Both the position numbers and the translations under genes were made by a program. From positions 672,001 through 736,000 of the forward strand of contig OY762911.1 in the NCBI GenBank assembly GCA_963666565.1: 64,000 nucleotides of DNA, in the 5' to 3' direction. A model generated the notes under the pieces. The model saw only the letters and a program-made list of their open reading frames with translations, ran no database searches and was not told where the DNA came from. The stretch is from Thermoanaerobaculia bacterium. GTDB taxonomy: Bacteria; Acidobacteriota; Thermoanaerobaculia; Multivoradales; Multivoraceae. Below are positions 1 through 10,141 of this stretch, one piece after another (position 1 is the first letter of the stretch; each line of letters opens with the position of its first letter).

Positions 1-676
1 CGGTCAGAGCGGACACCCACGGCGCGAACCCGTCGCCGTCCGGCCGCTGCCGCCAGTGGGCGACGAGTTCCGCCGTCCGCCCGTCGTCCACCGCGGCCCG
101 GTCGCCGCCAAGGTAGACCGTCAGCGAACGACTCCGCAGCGTGGGCAGAAGCTCCTGGGCGGACGCCGCCAGCAGGAGGAAGTGCCTGGGCGTGCTGCCG
201 ACCGGTTCCTCCAGGGTCTTGAGCAGCACGTCCGCGGCGTTGACGTTCAGCGTGTTCGCCTCCGCGATCACGAACACCTGGCCCCGGGCCTCGTACGGCG
301 ACATCTGGGCCGAGCGCACGACCGGCCTCACCATGTCGACGACGATGTCCCGCTTGCCGGGGGGCCGCTCCAGCAGCAGGACGTCGGGATGCGATTGCCG
401 GACTCCCACGTCGCCCGCGTCGCCGGCCTTGCCGCGCTTCTTCTCCGACGGCGCCTTCGCGCGCGCCTCGCTCGCGTACCGGTCGGGGTCGATCCGCCGG
501 CAGTGCGTGCACTCGCCGCACGGCCGCTCCTCCGGCGCGCGCTCGCAGAGCAAGGCCCGGCCAAGCCGGAACGCAAGGCCGCGCCGCTCGTCCGCCGTAC
601 CGCCCGAGACGATCACCGAGGGATAGAGACGGCCCTCCGCCGCGAGCCGCGGCAGCTCGTCCGCAGCGCCACTCAT
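1..676 (-). CDS. holB: DNA polymerase III delta' subunit (3' end runs off the window)
   Basis: Manual translation from ATG 676: LLCE..PCGECTHC zinc motif, HPDV, LLKTLEEP, LLPTLRSR. ATGA overlap with the tmk stop; tmk-holB is the usual gene order. Confidence 0.85.
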   Translation of the reverse strand, partial: MSGAADELPRLAAEGRLYPSVIVSGGTADERRGLAFRLGRALLCERAPEERPCGECTHCRRIDPDRYASEARAKAPSEKKRGKAGDAGDVGVRQSHPDVLLLERPPGKRDIVVDMVRPVVRSAQMSPYEARGQVFVIAEANTLNVNAADVLLKTLEEPVGSTPRHFLLLAASAQELLPTLRSRSLTVYLGGDRAAVDDGRTAELVAHWRQRPDGDGFAPWVSALT

Positions 677-1344
677 GCGCCCGCCAGACGGACTCGCAAC
701 GGCACCAGCAGGTCGACCAAGGCAGCTTCGACCTCCCGCGCAACGACCTCTACCGAAGCAGCCGCGTCGATGACGCGGAAACGGTCCGGGTCGGCAGCAA
801 CCCGGTCCTTGTAGGCGGCATCCACGCGATCGTAGAACTCCAGACTCTCTCGATCGATGCGGTTTCTCTGCCTGATACCGGGCAGCAGCAACTGAGAGCC
901 TTCGCCGCGACGCCGTTGCGCCACTACCGCCGGCAGGTCAAAGAAGAGCGTGCGGTCGGGTGTCCGGCTGCCGGTAACCAGCAGGTCCATATCGGAGATG
1001 AGATCCAGAGGCACGCCCCGACCGCCGCCTTGGTAGGCATAGGTGGAATCGGTGAAGCGGTCGCACAAGACCACTTCTCCAGCGGCGATGGCTGGCTCGA
1101 TCACCTCCGCCAAGTGCTGGTGTCGACTCGCGAACATCAGAAGCAACTCGACCACGCCATCGGCCAACGCTGCGTCCGTTGCCAGGACCACGCGACGCAG
1201 CTGCTCAGCGAACGGCGTGCCGCCCGGCTCGCGGGTGACGACGTGGTCGATGCCCCGGCGATCGAGGTTCGCCGCCACGCGTTCGAGCTGAGTCGACTTG
1301 CCGCTGCCGTCGAGGCCCTCGAAGGTGATGAACAGGCCACTCAT
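673..1344 (-). CDS. tmk: Thymidylate kinase
   Basis: FITFEGLDGSGKST P-loop, TREPGGT, CDRFTDSTYAYQG. Confidence 0.96.
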   Translation of the reverse strand: MSGLFITFEGLDGSGKSTQLERVAANLDRRGIDHVVTREPGGTPFAEQLRRVVLATDAALADGVVELLLMFASRHQHLAEVIEPAIAAGEVVLCDRFTDSTYAYQGGGRGVPLDLISDMDLLVTGSRTPDRTLFFDLPAVVAQRRRGEGSQLLLPGIRQRNRIDRESLEFYDRVDAAYKDRVAADPDRFRVIDAAASVEVVAREVEAALVDLLVPLRVRLAGA

Positions 1345-1405
1345 TCGGGGTCATGGTAGCCGCGCCCGGAAGCGGCTACCGAAGCGATCGGAACCTCGAC
1401 GAAAG

Positions 1406-1651
1406 TCAGACGCCCGTGAAGCGCAGTGCCGCGAACAGGAGGCCAGCCGTAGCCGCTGCGACTCCGATCGCCCACCGTACGAGACGGAGTTCCAAGTCCT
1501 TCAGTTCCGCCTGCAGGTCGGGCCTGGTGACGAGACCTTCGGCAACCGCGGCACGGATGGTGTTGGTAACCGCCTCGGCCTGGGCCGAGTCCATCCCCGC
1601 GGCCTCCAGTTCACGGGCTGCGGCGAGGGTGTCGAACGTGGTCGTGTTCAT
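1406..1651 (-). CDS. Small DUF1640/CCDC90-like coiled-coil protein with C-terminal TM helix
   Basis: FDTLAAARELEAAGMDSAQAEA head motif, LVTRPDL neck, hydrophobic C-terminus. Confidence 0.75.
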   Translation of the reverse strand: MNTTTFDTLAAARELEAAGMDSAQAEAVTNTIRAAVAEGLVTRPDLQAELKDLELRLVRWAIGVAAATAGLLFAALRFTGV

Positions 1652-1713
1652 GATCGGGCCTCGAAGAAGCTCCTGACGGCGCCCGGGGCGCAGACCCGCC
1701 AAGACGCCTCATC

Positions 1714-3399
1714 CTATGGCATCCGATCGGGACTCCGCAGCCGTGGCCACCTGCGCCGCAACTCCGCCGCGTCGAGCCCGAGGCGCGCGGCGATCCGGAC
1801 CGACCGCCGTTCCATGTCTTCCAGGTCGACCGGGTAGGCGTTGCGGCGACGCGGGTCCAGGAGGCCGATCAGGTTCCAGCGCTCGATCACGCCGCCGACC
1901 CACTCCGCCGGCGACCCGCTCCCACCGCCGGATGCCGACCGCTCGTCCAGCGCCTCGAACAGACGGCGACGACGGTCGTCGGCGCCGAGAAAGCCCCGCC
2001 AGCACCAGCCCTCGGGCGGAGCGTCGAGCAGACGCTGCCGCAGCTCGTCGAAGGAGGCGGCCGCGAAGTAGACCATTGCCGCGGGCGTGAACCGGTCCAT
2101 CGCCGGCATCAGCCGGTAGGCGGCGGCGAGCAGCCGGTCGATGTGGTTCGCCTCGGCGGCGACGAGCCGCCCGTAGCGCTCCAGGTCGCCGGCCGCCGGC
2201 AGGCCGTTCCGGCAGAGATCGGCCACCCGCTCCACCGCCAGCAGGCTCCAGGCGATGCCGGTCGAGAACATCGGGTCCGCGAAGGCGTAGCTGTGCGGCA
2301 GGAGCAGCCAGCCGCGGCCCGCGGCGAGATCGCGGCGCCAGGCGACGTTCGACCGCGCCGCCACCGGGCGCAACGGCGCGCTGTCCGCGAACTGGACAGC
2401 CAGCGACGGGTAGCGGTCGAGCAGCCCGGCGAAGACGGCCTCGGGCGCGCCGGGGAGATCCTCGGTCAGCAGGAAACCCGCGCTCACCGTCCCGTCGTCG
2501 AACCGGAGCTGGTACATCCAGCCCTCCTCCAGCAGGTGGTGCGAGGCGCTCCAGCGCTCGGGGAACGGCGAGGCCGGCCAGCCGGCGACGCGCTCGAACG
2601 GCGCCGGCCGGTTCTCGCGGGCCTCGCGCCGACCCGGGCCGGCCTTCGGCCGCTCGCCGCCGCCGCCGAACGGCGCCACGCCGGAGAAGTGCGAGTAGAC
2701 GAGGCTCGTCTGAAGCCGCGGCGCCACCGCCCGCGCGCCCAGACCGGCGGCCAGCGGCGAGCCGCCGGTCGCATCGACCAGGAGTCCCGCCTCGACGATC
2801 CGGCCGCCGGCCCGAATGCGGACCGCACCGTCCCGCGCGCCGCGGGTACCCGGGTGGCCAACGAGACCTTGCCGTGCGTCGGGGCCGGCCGGGAGGCGGA
2901 CCGCACCCTCCCGCGCGCCGCCCCCGTCCGCGACGATCTCGACCGGCGTCTCTTCCCGGCAATCCACGCCCTCGGCCCGGGCCCGCTCGAACAGGAAGCG
3001 GTCGACGTCGGCGCGCAGCCACTGGTTGTCCGCCGCGTCGTCGTCGGGCGAAGCCGCCACGACCAGCCGCCGGTCGCTCGACGGCCCCGGCGAGAAGACC
3101 TCGCCCGGTTCGTGGGAGTAGAAGCAGAAGCCCCGCTTGAGCCCGCGACCGACCGCGGGCAACCGGCGGCGCCAGCGGCCGTGGGCGGCGAGGTCCCAGA
3201 GGTCCTCGAAGCCGTAGCGCACCGCCAGGCGCTCGAGCGCCAGGTTGGCGAGCGGCGTCGACGACTCGCCGAGCGCGAACCGCGGATGGCGGCCCCGCTC
3301 CAGCAGGAGCACGTCCCGGCCTTCGGCATGGAGCGCCCGCGCCAGGATCGAGCCAGCGAAGCCGCCCCCCGCGATGACGACCTCGCGGCGCTCAGCCAT
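1714..3399 (-). CDS. Flavin-dependent halogenase-family oxidoreductase (PrnC/tryptophan halogenase-like)
   Basis: GGGFAG FAD motif, HPRFALGESSTP, GLKRGF, DATG, FADPMFSTG; start overlaps the radical SAM stop. Confidence 0.8.
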   Translation of the reverse strand: MAERREVVIAGGGFAGSILARALHAEGRDVLLLERGRHPRFALGESSTPLANLALERLAVRYGFEDLWDLAAHGRWRRRLPAVGRGLKRGFCFYSHEPGEVFSPGPSSDRRLVVAASPDDDAADNQWLRADVDRFLFERARAEGVDCREETPVEIVADGGGAREGAVRLPAGPDARQGLVGHPGTRGARDGAVRIRAGGRIVEAGLLVDATGGSPLAAGLGARAVAPRLQTSLVYSHFSGVAPFGGGGERPKAGPGRREARENRPAPFERVAGWPASPFPERWSASHHLLEEGWMYQLRFDDGTVSAGFLLTEDLPGAPEAVFAGLLDRYPSLAVQFADSAPLRPVAARSNVAWRRDLAAGRGWLLLPHSYAFADPMFSTGIAWSLLAVERVADLCRNGLPAAGDLERYGRLVAAEANHIDRLLAAAYRLMPAMDRFTPAAMVYFAAASFDELRQRLLDAPPEGWCWRGFLGADDRRRRLFEALDERSASGGGSGSPAEWVGGVIERWNLIGLLDPRRRNAYPVDLEDMERRSVRIAARLGLDAAELRRRWPRLRSPDRMP

Positions 3400-4423
3400 C
3401 GCAGTCGTCACACACCGTCCGCCGGGGCGCACTCGTGCGGTTCATCTCCCGGATCGCCGCGACCCGCTCCTCCCGGCATGCCTCGCAAGCCGAGGGGACC
3501 TGGTCGAGGTCCCACGGGTCGACCTGCACCGCCACGCCCGCACCGGCGACCTCCGCCGCGCCCGCCAGACACTCCTCCAGCAGCGCCAGATCGGGCGGCT
3601 CGAACCGCCCCAGCCGCTGCAGCCGCTCCAGTTCCCCGTTGCCGCCCCGCACCGGGATCAGCGCCACCGACCGCGCGCCCGCGCGCGCTGCATGCCGCAC
3701 GCTCGCGACCGTCCACTCCGCCTGCTCCTCCGCGCGCACGAAGGGCACGCCGACGAGGACGAACACGCGAAGATCCACGCCGTCCGCACGCAGGCGCCCG
3801 GCGGCCCGGTCGAACTGCTCCAGGGTCAACTGCTTGCCCAGCCGGGCAAGCGCCTCCGGATGCGCCGTCTCCAGGCCCATCGCCACCTCAAGCTGGCCCG
3901 GCAGCAAGTCGGCGAAGCGCCGCACGCGCTCGTCCACGAGCCGCGGGTGGCACTCGACCACGACCCGCCGGAACGGCGCCGCCAGCCGGGCGATCGGTTC
4001 CAGGTCCGTCTCGGGCACCGCCCGCGGGTCGAAGAAGTTGCTCGCGTTGTAGAGCTTGAGCTGGTCGCAGCCGTCGAGCCCCGCATCCCGGAGCAGGGCG
4101 GGAAGCCGCTCCAGCGCCGCTCGCAACTGCGCCGGCAGCGCCCCGGCCGGCGTCGCTCCGTCGATCGTGTAGCGCCACAGGTCGCAGAACACGCAGGTGA
4201 AGGGGCACTCCGCGCCGGTCAGGAAGACGGTCGCCGACGGGACGGACTCGCCGTCCGGGCCGCGCTCCGCCTCGACCGTCACGCCCTGGGGCCGCCAGGG
4301 GTCGTGAATCGGCTTCGGCGGGCGGAGCGCCCGGACCTCCGCCGCGCTCAGCGCAGACGCAGCATCAACGCCCACATGAACCGGACACGACTTCTCGCCA
4401 GCCTTGACTCGGGCCACGGACAC
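3392..4423 (-). CDS. Radical SAM protein (Elp3/RaSEA-like)
   Basis: CPFTCVFC CxxxCxxC motif, KLYNASNFFD, VECHP, MGLET; start codon uncertain. Confidence 0.85.
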   Translation of the reverse strand: MSVARVKAGEKSCPVHVGVDAASALSAAEVRALRPPKPIHDPWRPQGVTVEAERGPDGESVPSATVFLTGAECPFTCVFCDLWRYTIDGATPAGALPAQLRAALERLPALLRDAGLDGCDQLKLYNASNFFDPRAVPETDLEPIARLAAPFRRVVVECHPRLVDERVRRFADLLPGQLEVAMGLETAHPEALARLGKQLTLEQFDRAAGRLRADGVDLRVFVLVGVPFVRAEEQAEWTVASVRHAARAGARSVALIPVRGGNGELERLQRLGRFEPPDLALLEECLAGAAEVAGAGVAVQVDPWDLDQVPSACEACREERVAAIREMNRTSAPRRTVCDDCDG

Positions 4424-5236
4424 TCATCGTCCAATCGACAGATCTTCGGGTAACAATTCTGCTACAGTCGAAGCGTTCAAGCACACTCTACTGTGGTTGA
4501 CGTCGGAAGACCGCCGAACGGTGGACCGCACCACTTGACGGATTTGGGGGTGCCCAGCTTTGAGATCGCCCTTGACTCACTGTTTCCTGCTCGCGTTTCT
4601 TGCTGGCGGGCTCAACGCCCAAGCCCCCGACCCGGACGACCCGTCCGTTCGCAGCGACTACCCGTCCTCGGATCCGCCAGTTCTGACGTGGCAGATGATC
4701 GATCCCAACCTCGACCCGGATCAACCTCTGCCGAAACTCGAGTACGCGCCACCCAGCGAAGAAGAGGCGCGCGAGCACTTAGCCCGACTGCCGGCTTTCG
4801 AGCCGGTGGACGAGCACCGCCATGCTTGGGTACGGCTGCCGCTCATCTGGGATCAGTTGACCGATCGCGAAACCAGGTACGTCTATCTCCTCATGTCGAG
4901 AATGGAGGGGGTCGGCTTCGACATCCTGCTGGGGGACGTTCAGGAAATGCGGCGGCTCGCCGCATCCGCATCACGAAGTCTCGCCTACGAAGATGCCTGG
5001 TTCGTCTACGACTCTGCAAGATCCATGCGGGAGAAAGAACGCGCTTTCTGGAGCGCACACCTCCCAAAAGTGCCCAGTCCGGTCCGGATCAATGAGGCGT
5101 CCGGGGCAACACCAACCTTCGGCGGCGGTGGCCCCGGAGAAGGAGGCAAGAGCGGTCCGATCAAGTGGATTGAAATCGGCAATCTGTCTTTCGGCGAGTT
5201 TCGAGACATCTGCGACCGAGAGCCCCTTACAGGCTG

Positions 5237-6538
5237 GGCTCTTCAGGGTTGATGGTGGAAATCGCGTAGTGTGGCGCGATGCGCGACACAGACTTGTACG
5301 GTCGGATTCTCGGCATCGAGAGTCCCTGGAAGGTGACGGACGTCGAGCTGCGGCTTGACGCCGGCGAGGTGGAGGTGTTGGTGGCTCGCAGGCAGGGCGA
5401 GTCGTTCCGTTGTCCGAAGTGCGGCGGCGCTGCGAGTCGGCACGACTCGCGTCGTCGGCGCTGGCGGCATCTGCCGACGTGCCAGTACCGGACGATCCTG
5501 ACCGCGGACGTGCCTCGGGTGCGGTGCGCGGAGCACGGGGTGCTGACGATCGGCGTGCCCTGGTCGGACCCGGGGTCGCGGTTCACGGCGTTGTTCGAGG
5601 CGCTGGTGATCGACTGGCTGGGTGCGGCGAGCGTCTCGGCGGTGGCTCGGCTTCTGGACCTGAGTTGGGACCAGGTATCCGGCGTGATGGAGCGTGCGGT
5701 GAAGCGCGGGCTCGAGCGGCGCGGGCCGGCGTCGGCGTCGAGGGTTCTGGGCGTGGACGAGACGTCGTTTCAGAAGCGCCACGAGTACGTGACGGTGGTG
5801 GCTGACATCGAGGGCGAGCCGCGGGTGCACCACGTGGCGGACGGTCGGGGCAAGGACGCTCTGTCCTCGTACTTCGAGTCGCTGTCGGAGGCGGAGCGCT
5901 CGCGGATCGAGACGGTGGCGATGGACATGTGGCCGGCGTACATCTCGGCGACGGTGTCCTGCCTGCCGGACGGCGGCGCCAAGCTCGCGTACGACAAGTT
6001 CCACGTCGCGGCCCATCTGAGCGACGCCGTGAACCGGGTGCGGGTAGCGGAGCACCGAGAGCTGCAGAACCGGGGGGACGACCGGCTGGCCGGTACCCGG
6101 TACATGTGGCTGTACCACCCCGACCGGTTGCCGGAGAGGCATGCGGCCTCCTTCAAGACCTTGGTGAACGCGACCTTGAAGACGGCGCGTTGCTGGCACC
6201 TGAAGGAGGTGGCGATGATGATGTGGGAGACGCGGGACCGCGTCGAGGCGCGAGAGATCTTCGACGGCTGGTACTCGTGGGCGATCCGCAGTCGTCTCGA
6301 GCCCATGAAGGAAGTCGCCCGCATGATCAAGGCTCATCTCGACGGCGTGCTGAACGCGATCGAGCGGGGCGTCACCAACGCCCGCCTCGAAGGCATCAAC
6401 TCGGTCATCCAGTCGCTCAAGAAGTCCGCCCGCGGCTACCGGAATCGGGACCGGTTCCGCGACGCCATCTACTTCCATCTCGGCAGCCTGAACCTCTACC
6501 CCGATTCGCTCACGTTCCACACGAAACCCTGAAGAGCC
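5237..6538 (+). mobile_element. ISL3-family insertion sequence
   Basis: Terminal IRs GGCTCTTCAGGGTT / AACCCTGAAGAGCC; 8-bp TSD ACAGGCTG at 5229-5236 and 6539-6546. Confidence 0.95.
5279..6532 (+). CDS. ISL3-family transposase
   Basis: CPKCG...RCAEHG zinc finger, GVDETS, AMDMW, YDKFH, TNARLEGINS..ARGYRN. Confidence 0.96.
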   Translation: MRDTDLYGRILGIESPWKVTDVELRLDAGEVEVLVARRQGESFRCPKCGGAASRHDSRRRRWRHLPTCQYRTILTADVPRVRCAEHGVLTIGVPWSDPGSRFTALFEALVIDWLGAASVSAVARLLDLSWDQVSGVMERAVKRGLERRGPASASRVLGVDETSFQKRHEYVTVVADIEGEPRVHHVADGRGKDALSSYFESLSEAERSRIETVAMDMWPAYISATVSCLPDGGAKLAYDKFHVAAHLSDAVNRVRVAEHRELQNRGDDRLAGTRYMWLYHPDRLPERHAASFKTLVNATLKTARCWHLKEVAMMMWETRDRVEAREIFDGWYSWAIRSRLEPMKEVARMIKAHLDGVLNAIERGVTNARLEGINSVIQSLKKSARGYRNRDRFRDAIYFHLGSLNLYPDSLTFHTKP

Positions 6539-6859
6539 ACAGGCTGGAAGGGCGCTCACGGTTGGACCAGGGGAGCGTGGATGGGAGACCACACAAACCA
6601 CCTCAATGCCCTGGTCTACGACCCGACCTTTCAGCGGCTACCGGAGTCGTGGAAGAGCCGTCTGCAAACGTGCCAAGCCGAAATGCACTTCGCCGGCGCA
6701 ATGATACAGCGTCGTTGGGAGGTCTGCATGGCCACCGGCGGGCTGTCCCCGAACCGGCGGAGCAGAGAATGCAACGACGCCGGGGCAAAAGCGATAGCGG
6801 CCAGCAACAGACTGCATCGGTGTCTCGATCCCAAGGACGGCAGAAACTAACTGGCTAGC

Positions 6860-8636
6860 TCGTGCCCGCCAGAGAACCCGGGAGTCGTTGATTCTACGGG
6901 GTTTTGCGAGGGATTCGGTCGGTTGAAGATGTCGCCGATGCCGTAGGATCCAGTCCTGAATCGGACGTTTTGGGCGGATTCTGGAGGATCTTCGGAGGTC
7001 GAGGCGATGCGGGAGGTTCAAAGTCGGCAGTTCAGGCTGGGCGAGGCGCCGATCGGCGAGATCTGGATCGACCCGAAGTCTCGCGACGACACGCCGGCGC
7101 TGTTTCGCGGTCTTCAGCACATCTACTGCGACGAGACGTTTCGGCCCCGGCTGTTCGAGTTGCTGGACGAGCACATGCTGCCGGGTACGGATCGGACGGT
7201 CGGTCGTCCGGGCATGGAGTTGTGGCGGATTCTGGTGTTGGGGGTGGTGAAACAGGGTCTCGGCTGCGACTTCGACCGGCTTCACGATCTGGCCAACCAT
7301 CACGGGACGCTGCGTGCGTTTCTGGGGCACGGCGAGTTCGGGGAGGAGAGCTACTACGAGTACCAGACGGTGGTCGACAACGTGAGCCTGTTGACGCCGG
7401 AGTTGTTGTCGGCGGTGGGCAGATTGGTGGTGGAAAGCGGCCATGCGGTCGCGCGAAAAAAGCCTGGCGGGCCGTTGCGCGGTCGGTGTGATTCGTTCGT
7501 GGTCGAGACCGACGTGCATTACCCGACGGACGTGAATCTGCTGTGGGACGCGATGCGCTGCATGCTGCGGGAGAGCGGTCGGGCGGCGCGTCGGCACGGC
7601 ATCTCTGGCTGGCGCCAGTGGCGTTATCAGCTTCGGTTGGTGCGCCGGCTGTTCCACAAGGTGCGCGGGACTCGGCGGGCGAAGCGGTCTCCGGCCCGGG
7701 TGAAGGCGTACCTCGATCGGTGCCGGCCGCTCGTGGCGCGCGCGGCGGACACGGTGGAGGCGCTTCGTGCCGCGGGGGACGGCATGGCCGCGGAGACGAT
7801 CGAGGGCTTGATCGTTCACGCGCGGCGCCAGATGGACCAGGTCGAGCGTCGTCTGCTCCTGGGCGAGACGATTCCTCACGCGGAGAAGGTGTTTTCGATC
7901 TTCGAGCCGCACACGCGCTGGGTCTCGAAAGGCAAGGCGGGCACGCCGGTGGAGCTTGGCGTTCCGGTGGCGTTGATCGAGGATCAGCACGGTTTCGTTC
8001 TTCACCACGAGGTCCTGTGGACAGGCGGCGACGCCGATGCGGTCGTGCCCCTGGTCGCGGCGGCGCAGAAGCGGTTCCCCGAGCTTCGGACGTGCAGTTT
8101 CGACCGCAACTTCCACAGTCCGGAGAACCGCGTCCGGCTCGATGAGCTTCTCGATCTCAACGCGCTGCCGAAGAAGGGGTATCTGTCGAAAGCCGACCGG
8201 GAGCGGGAAACCGACGAAGCCTTCCTCTCCGCCCGCCGTGCCCATCCCGCGGTCGAGTCCGCCATCAACGCCCTGGAGCATCGCGGCCTGGACCGCGTCC
8301 GAAGCCGCGGCGCCGAAGGCTTCGAGCGCACCGTCGCCCTCTCGGTGCTCGCGGGCAACCTGCACCGTCTCGGTCGCCTCCTGCACGCGCTCGAGCGAAA
8401 ACCCAAGCGAAGACGGGTCGCCTGAGGGCGCTCGAACCTCCATCGCCGACCCTGCCTTCCGAGATGGGGGCGCCGCCGTGGGACGAACGGTCGCCGCTCT
8501 CCGGAAACTGCCGTCGAGAACCCCAAGAAGCTCCCGCGCCGCCGATCAAGAGCCGCTGCGCCCGGCTCCTGGGCCTGCCAGCAGCGTCAAAGACGCTCCA
8601 GAATCTCCGATGAACGGGGTTCTCTGGCAGGCACTA
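6860..8636 (+). mobile_element. ISNCY (ISDol1-like) insertion sequence
   Basis: IRs TCGTGCCCGCCAGAGAACCC / GGGTTCTCTGGCAGGCACTA; 6-bp TSD GCTAGC at 6854-6859 and 8637-8642. Confidence 0.88.
7007..8425 (+). CDS. DDE transposase, ISNCY/IS5-like
   Basis: IDPKSRDD..GLQHIY, DSFVVETDVHYPTD, EKVFSIFEPHT, SFDRNF, VESAINALEH. Confidence 0.92.
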   Translation: MREVQSRQFRLGEAPIGEIWIDPKSRDDTPALFRGLQHIYCDETFRPRLFELLDEHMLPGTDRTVGRPGMELWRILVLGVVKQGLGCDFDRLHDLANHHGTLRAFLGHGEFGEESYYEYQTVVDNVSLLTPELLSAVGRLVVESGHAVARKKPGGPLRGRCDSFVVETDVHYPTDVNLLWDAMRCMLRESGRAARRHGISGWRQWRYQLRLVRRLFHKVRGTRRAKRSPARVKAYLDRCRPLVARAADTVEALRAAGDGMAAETIEGLIVHARRQMDQVERRLLLGETIPHAEKVFSIFEPHTRWVSKGKAGTPVELGVPVALIEDQHGFVLHHEVLWTGGDADAVVPLVAAAQKRFPELRTCSFDRNFHSPENRVRLDELLDLNALPKKGYLSKADRERETDEAFLSARRAHPAVESAINALEHRGLDRVRSRGAEGFERTVALSVLAGNLHRLGRLLHALERKPKRRRVA

Positions 8637-8728
8637 GCTAGCTAAACCAGCACAGTCTACTGCTTGCCGGCCAGCCAGCGAAAACTGAGTCGGGACAACG
8701 GCATCGCATCCCGCCACTTGGCGGGAGG

Positions 8729-10057
8729 CTAGAGGTAGAGCGACTGGAAGTGCCGGCGGTACTGTTCGGGCGGCCGCTCGAAGGCGGCGGCGAACACGTC
8801 TTCCGAGGCCGCACCTTCCTGGAAGCGGCGCTTCGGAAAGACGGGGAAGTCGACGCCGAGGACCCGCTTCATCCCGCGACGCACCACCTCGCCCTTGAGG
8901 TCGTAGAGCGCCTCGTGCGAGCCGCCGACCAGGTCGGCGAACGGGATCGCCTCGGCCACCGCGATGACGGCCGGCCGGGTGAACGGGCTGAAACCCTCGA
9001 AGCCGAGCAGGCGCGCCGGCGCGTGGGTGCGCACCGCGGCCCGGCCGAGGCCGCCCGAGTAGGTCTGGGAGTGCTTGATCGCGTCGACGCCCCAGCCCTC
9101 CTGGTAGAGCATCGAGTTGTTGACGACGCTCACGATCGTGAGCTCATGGTTCTCCTCCAGCGGGTAGTCCTTCAGGTTCTCGTCGCCGCCGTCGCCGTCC
9201 ACCAGCAGCCGCCATTCGGGGTAACGCGCCCGGATCCCCCGCAACAGGGCCAAGCCGACCGCGGCGCACTCGACGTCGAGCGGCTTGTAGTCCTCGATGA
9301 CCTCGACGGCCGCCAGCGGATCGACCGCCGCGGCGCCGGCCTCGATCTCCTCGCCCAGCATCTCGAGGTCGACGCGGCGCAGGAACTCCCGCGCCTGGGC
9401 GGCGTCGCCGGCGCCGGCGCCGACCCGCAGGGTGAACGCCTTGAGCCGCGCCGCGCTCTGGCCGGCTTCCAGCAGCGCGCGGTGGAGCGCGACCAGCACC
9501 GCGCCGCTGTCGATGCCGCCGGAGAAGCACACGCCGACCGGCTCGCGCGCGCGCTCCGCCGGCAGCGCCGCGAGCCAGCCGCGGAGCTCGAACATCAACG
9601 CCTCGACGTAGCGCTCGCCGATCAGGTCGAGATCGGCCGGCAGCGTGCCCCGGGGCGGGTCGAAGAAGCGCTCGTGGGTCGGGTTCGGGTCCGGGCAGCC
9701 CACGAGCCGCAGCGTCGTCGCGTGGTGCGCGGGGACCATCCGGGTGTAGGTCGGGTGGAACTGGTCCAGGTAGCCCTCGGCCGCGAGGCAGTCCCGGATC
9801 TCGTCGATCCGCTGGGCGATCACGAGCATCGGCCCGGACGACTCCTTGGCCAGGAAGTAGCGCATCGGCCGGTCCAGGCTGCGGGCCATCACGACGTCGA
9901 CGCCCAGGCGGGCGGCCAGTGCGAACGAACCGTCGATGCCGAGCACCGCCTCGGGCCCTTCCAGCAGGCGCCGCCGCGCTTCCTCCGGCGTCAGCGTCCA
10001 GAGGCGCTGTTCGCGGTCGTCGATGAGGTTCAGAACGCGGGCGATCGGCTGGTCCAT
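8729..10057 (-). CDS. Asparagine synthetase-like ATP pyrophosphatase protein
   Basis: FSGGIDSG PP-loop, DGDGGDE, degenerate N-terminal glutaminase-like region; start MDQPIARV inside the long 8729..13453 ORF. Confidence 0.82.
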   Translation of the reverse strand: MDQPIARVLNLIDDREQRLWTLTPEEARRRLLEGPEAVLGIDGSFALAARLGVDVVMARSLDRPMRYFLAKESSGPMLVIAQRIDEIRDCLAAEGYLDQFHPTYTRMVPAHHATTLRLVGCPDPNPTHERFFDPPRGTLPADLDLIGERYVEALMFELRGWLAALPAERAREPVGVCFSGGIDSGAVLVALHRALLEAGQSAARLKAFTLRVGAGAGDAAQAREFLRRVDLEMLGEEIEAGAAAVDPLAAVEVIEDYKPLDVECAAVGLALLRGIRARYPEWRLLVDGDGGDENLKDYPLEENHELTIVSVVNNSMLYQEGWGVDAIKHSQTYSGGLGRAAVRTHAPARLLGFEGFSPFTRPAVIAVAEAIPFADLVGGSHEALYDLKGEVVRRGMKRVLGVDFPVFPKRRFQEGAASEDVFAAAFERPPEQYRRHFQSLYL

Positions 10058-10141
10058 CGTGCTTCTCCCTGTCCGTTGCGCGGCCCGAACGGACGCGGTG
10101 CGGCCCCGTCCGGCGGCAACCTGCATGGTACTGTCCCAACC

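Larger units (their letters stand above)
4560..6850 (+). pseudogene. Secreted hypothetical protein split by ISL3 (326 aa when reconstructed)
   Basis: N-terminal signal peptide. Removing the IS plus one TSD copy joins 4560-5236 to 6547-6850 (981 nt) in frame: ...EPLTGW-KGAHGWTRGAWMGDHTNHL... Confidence 0.75.
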
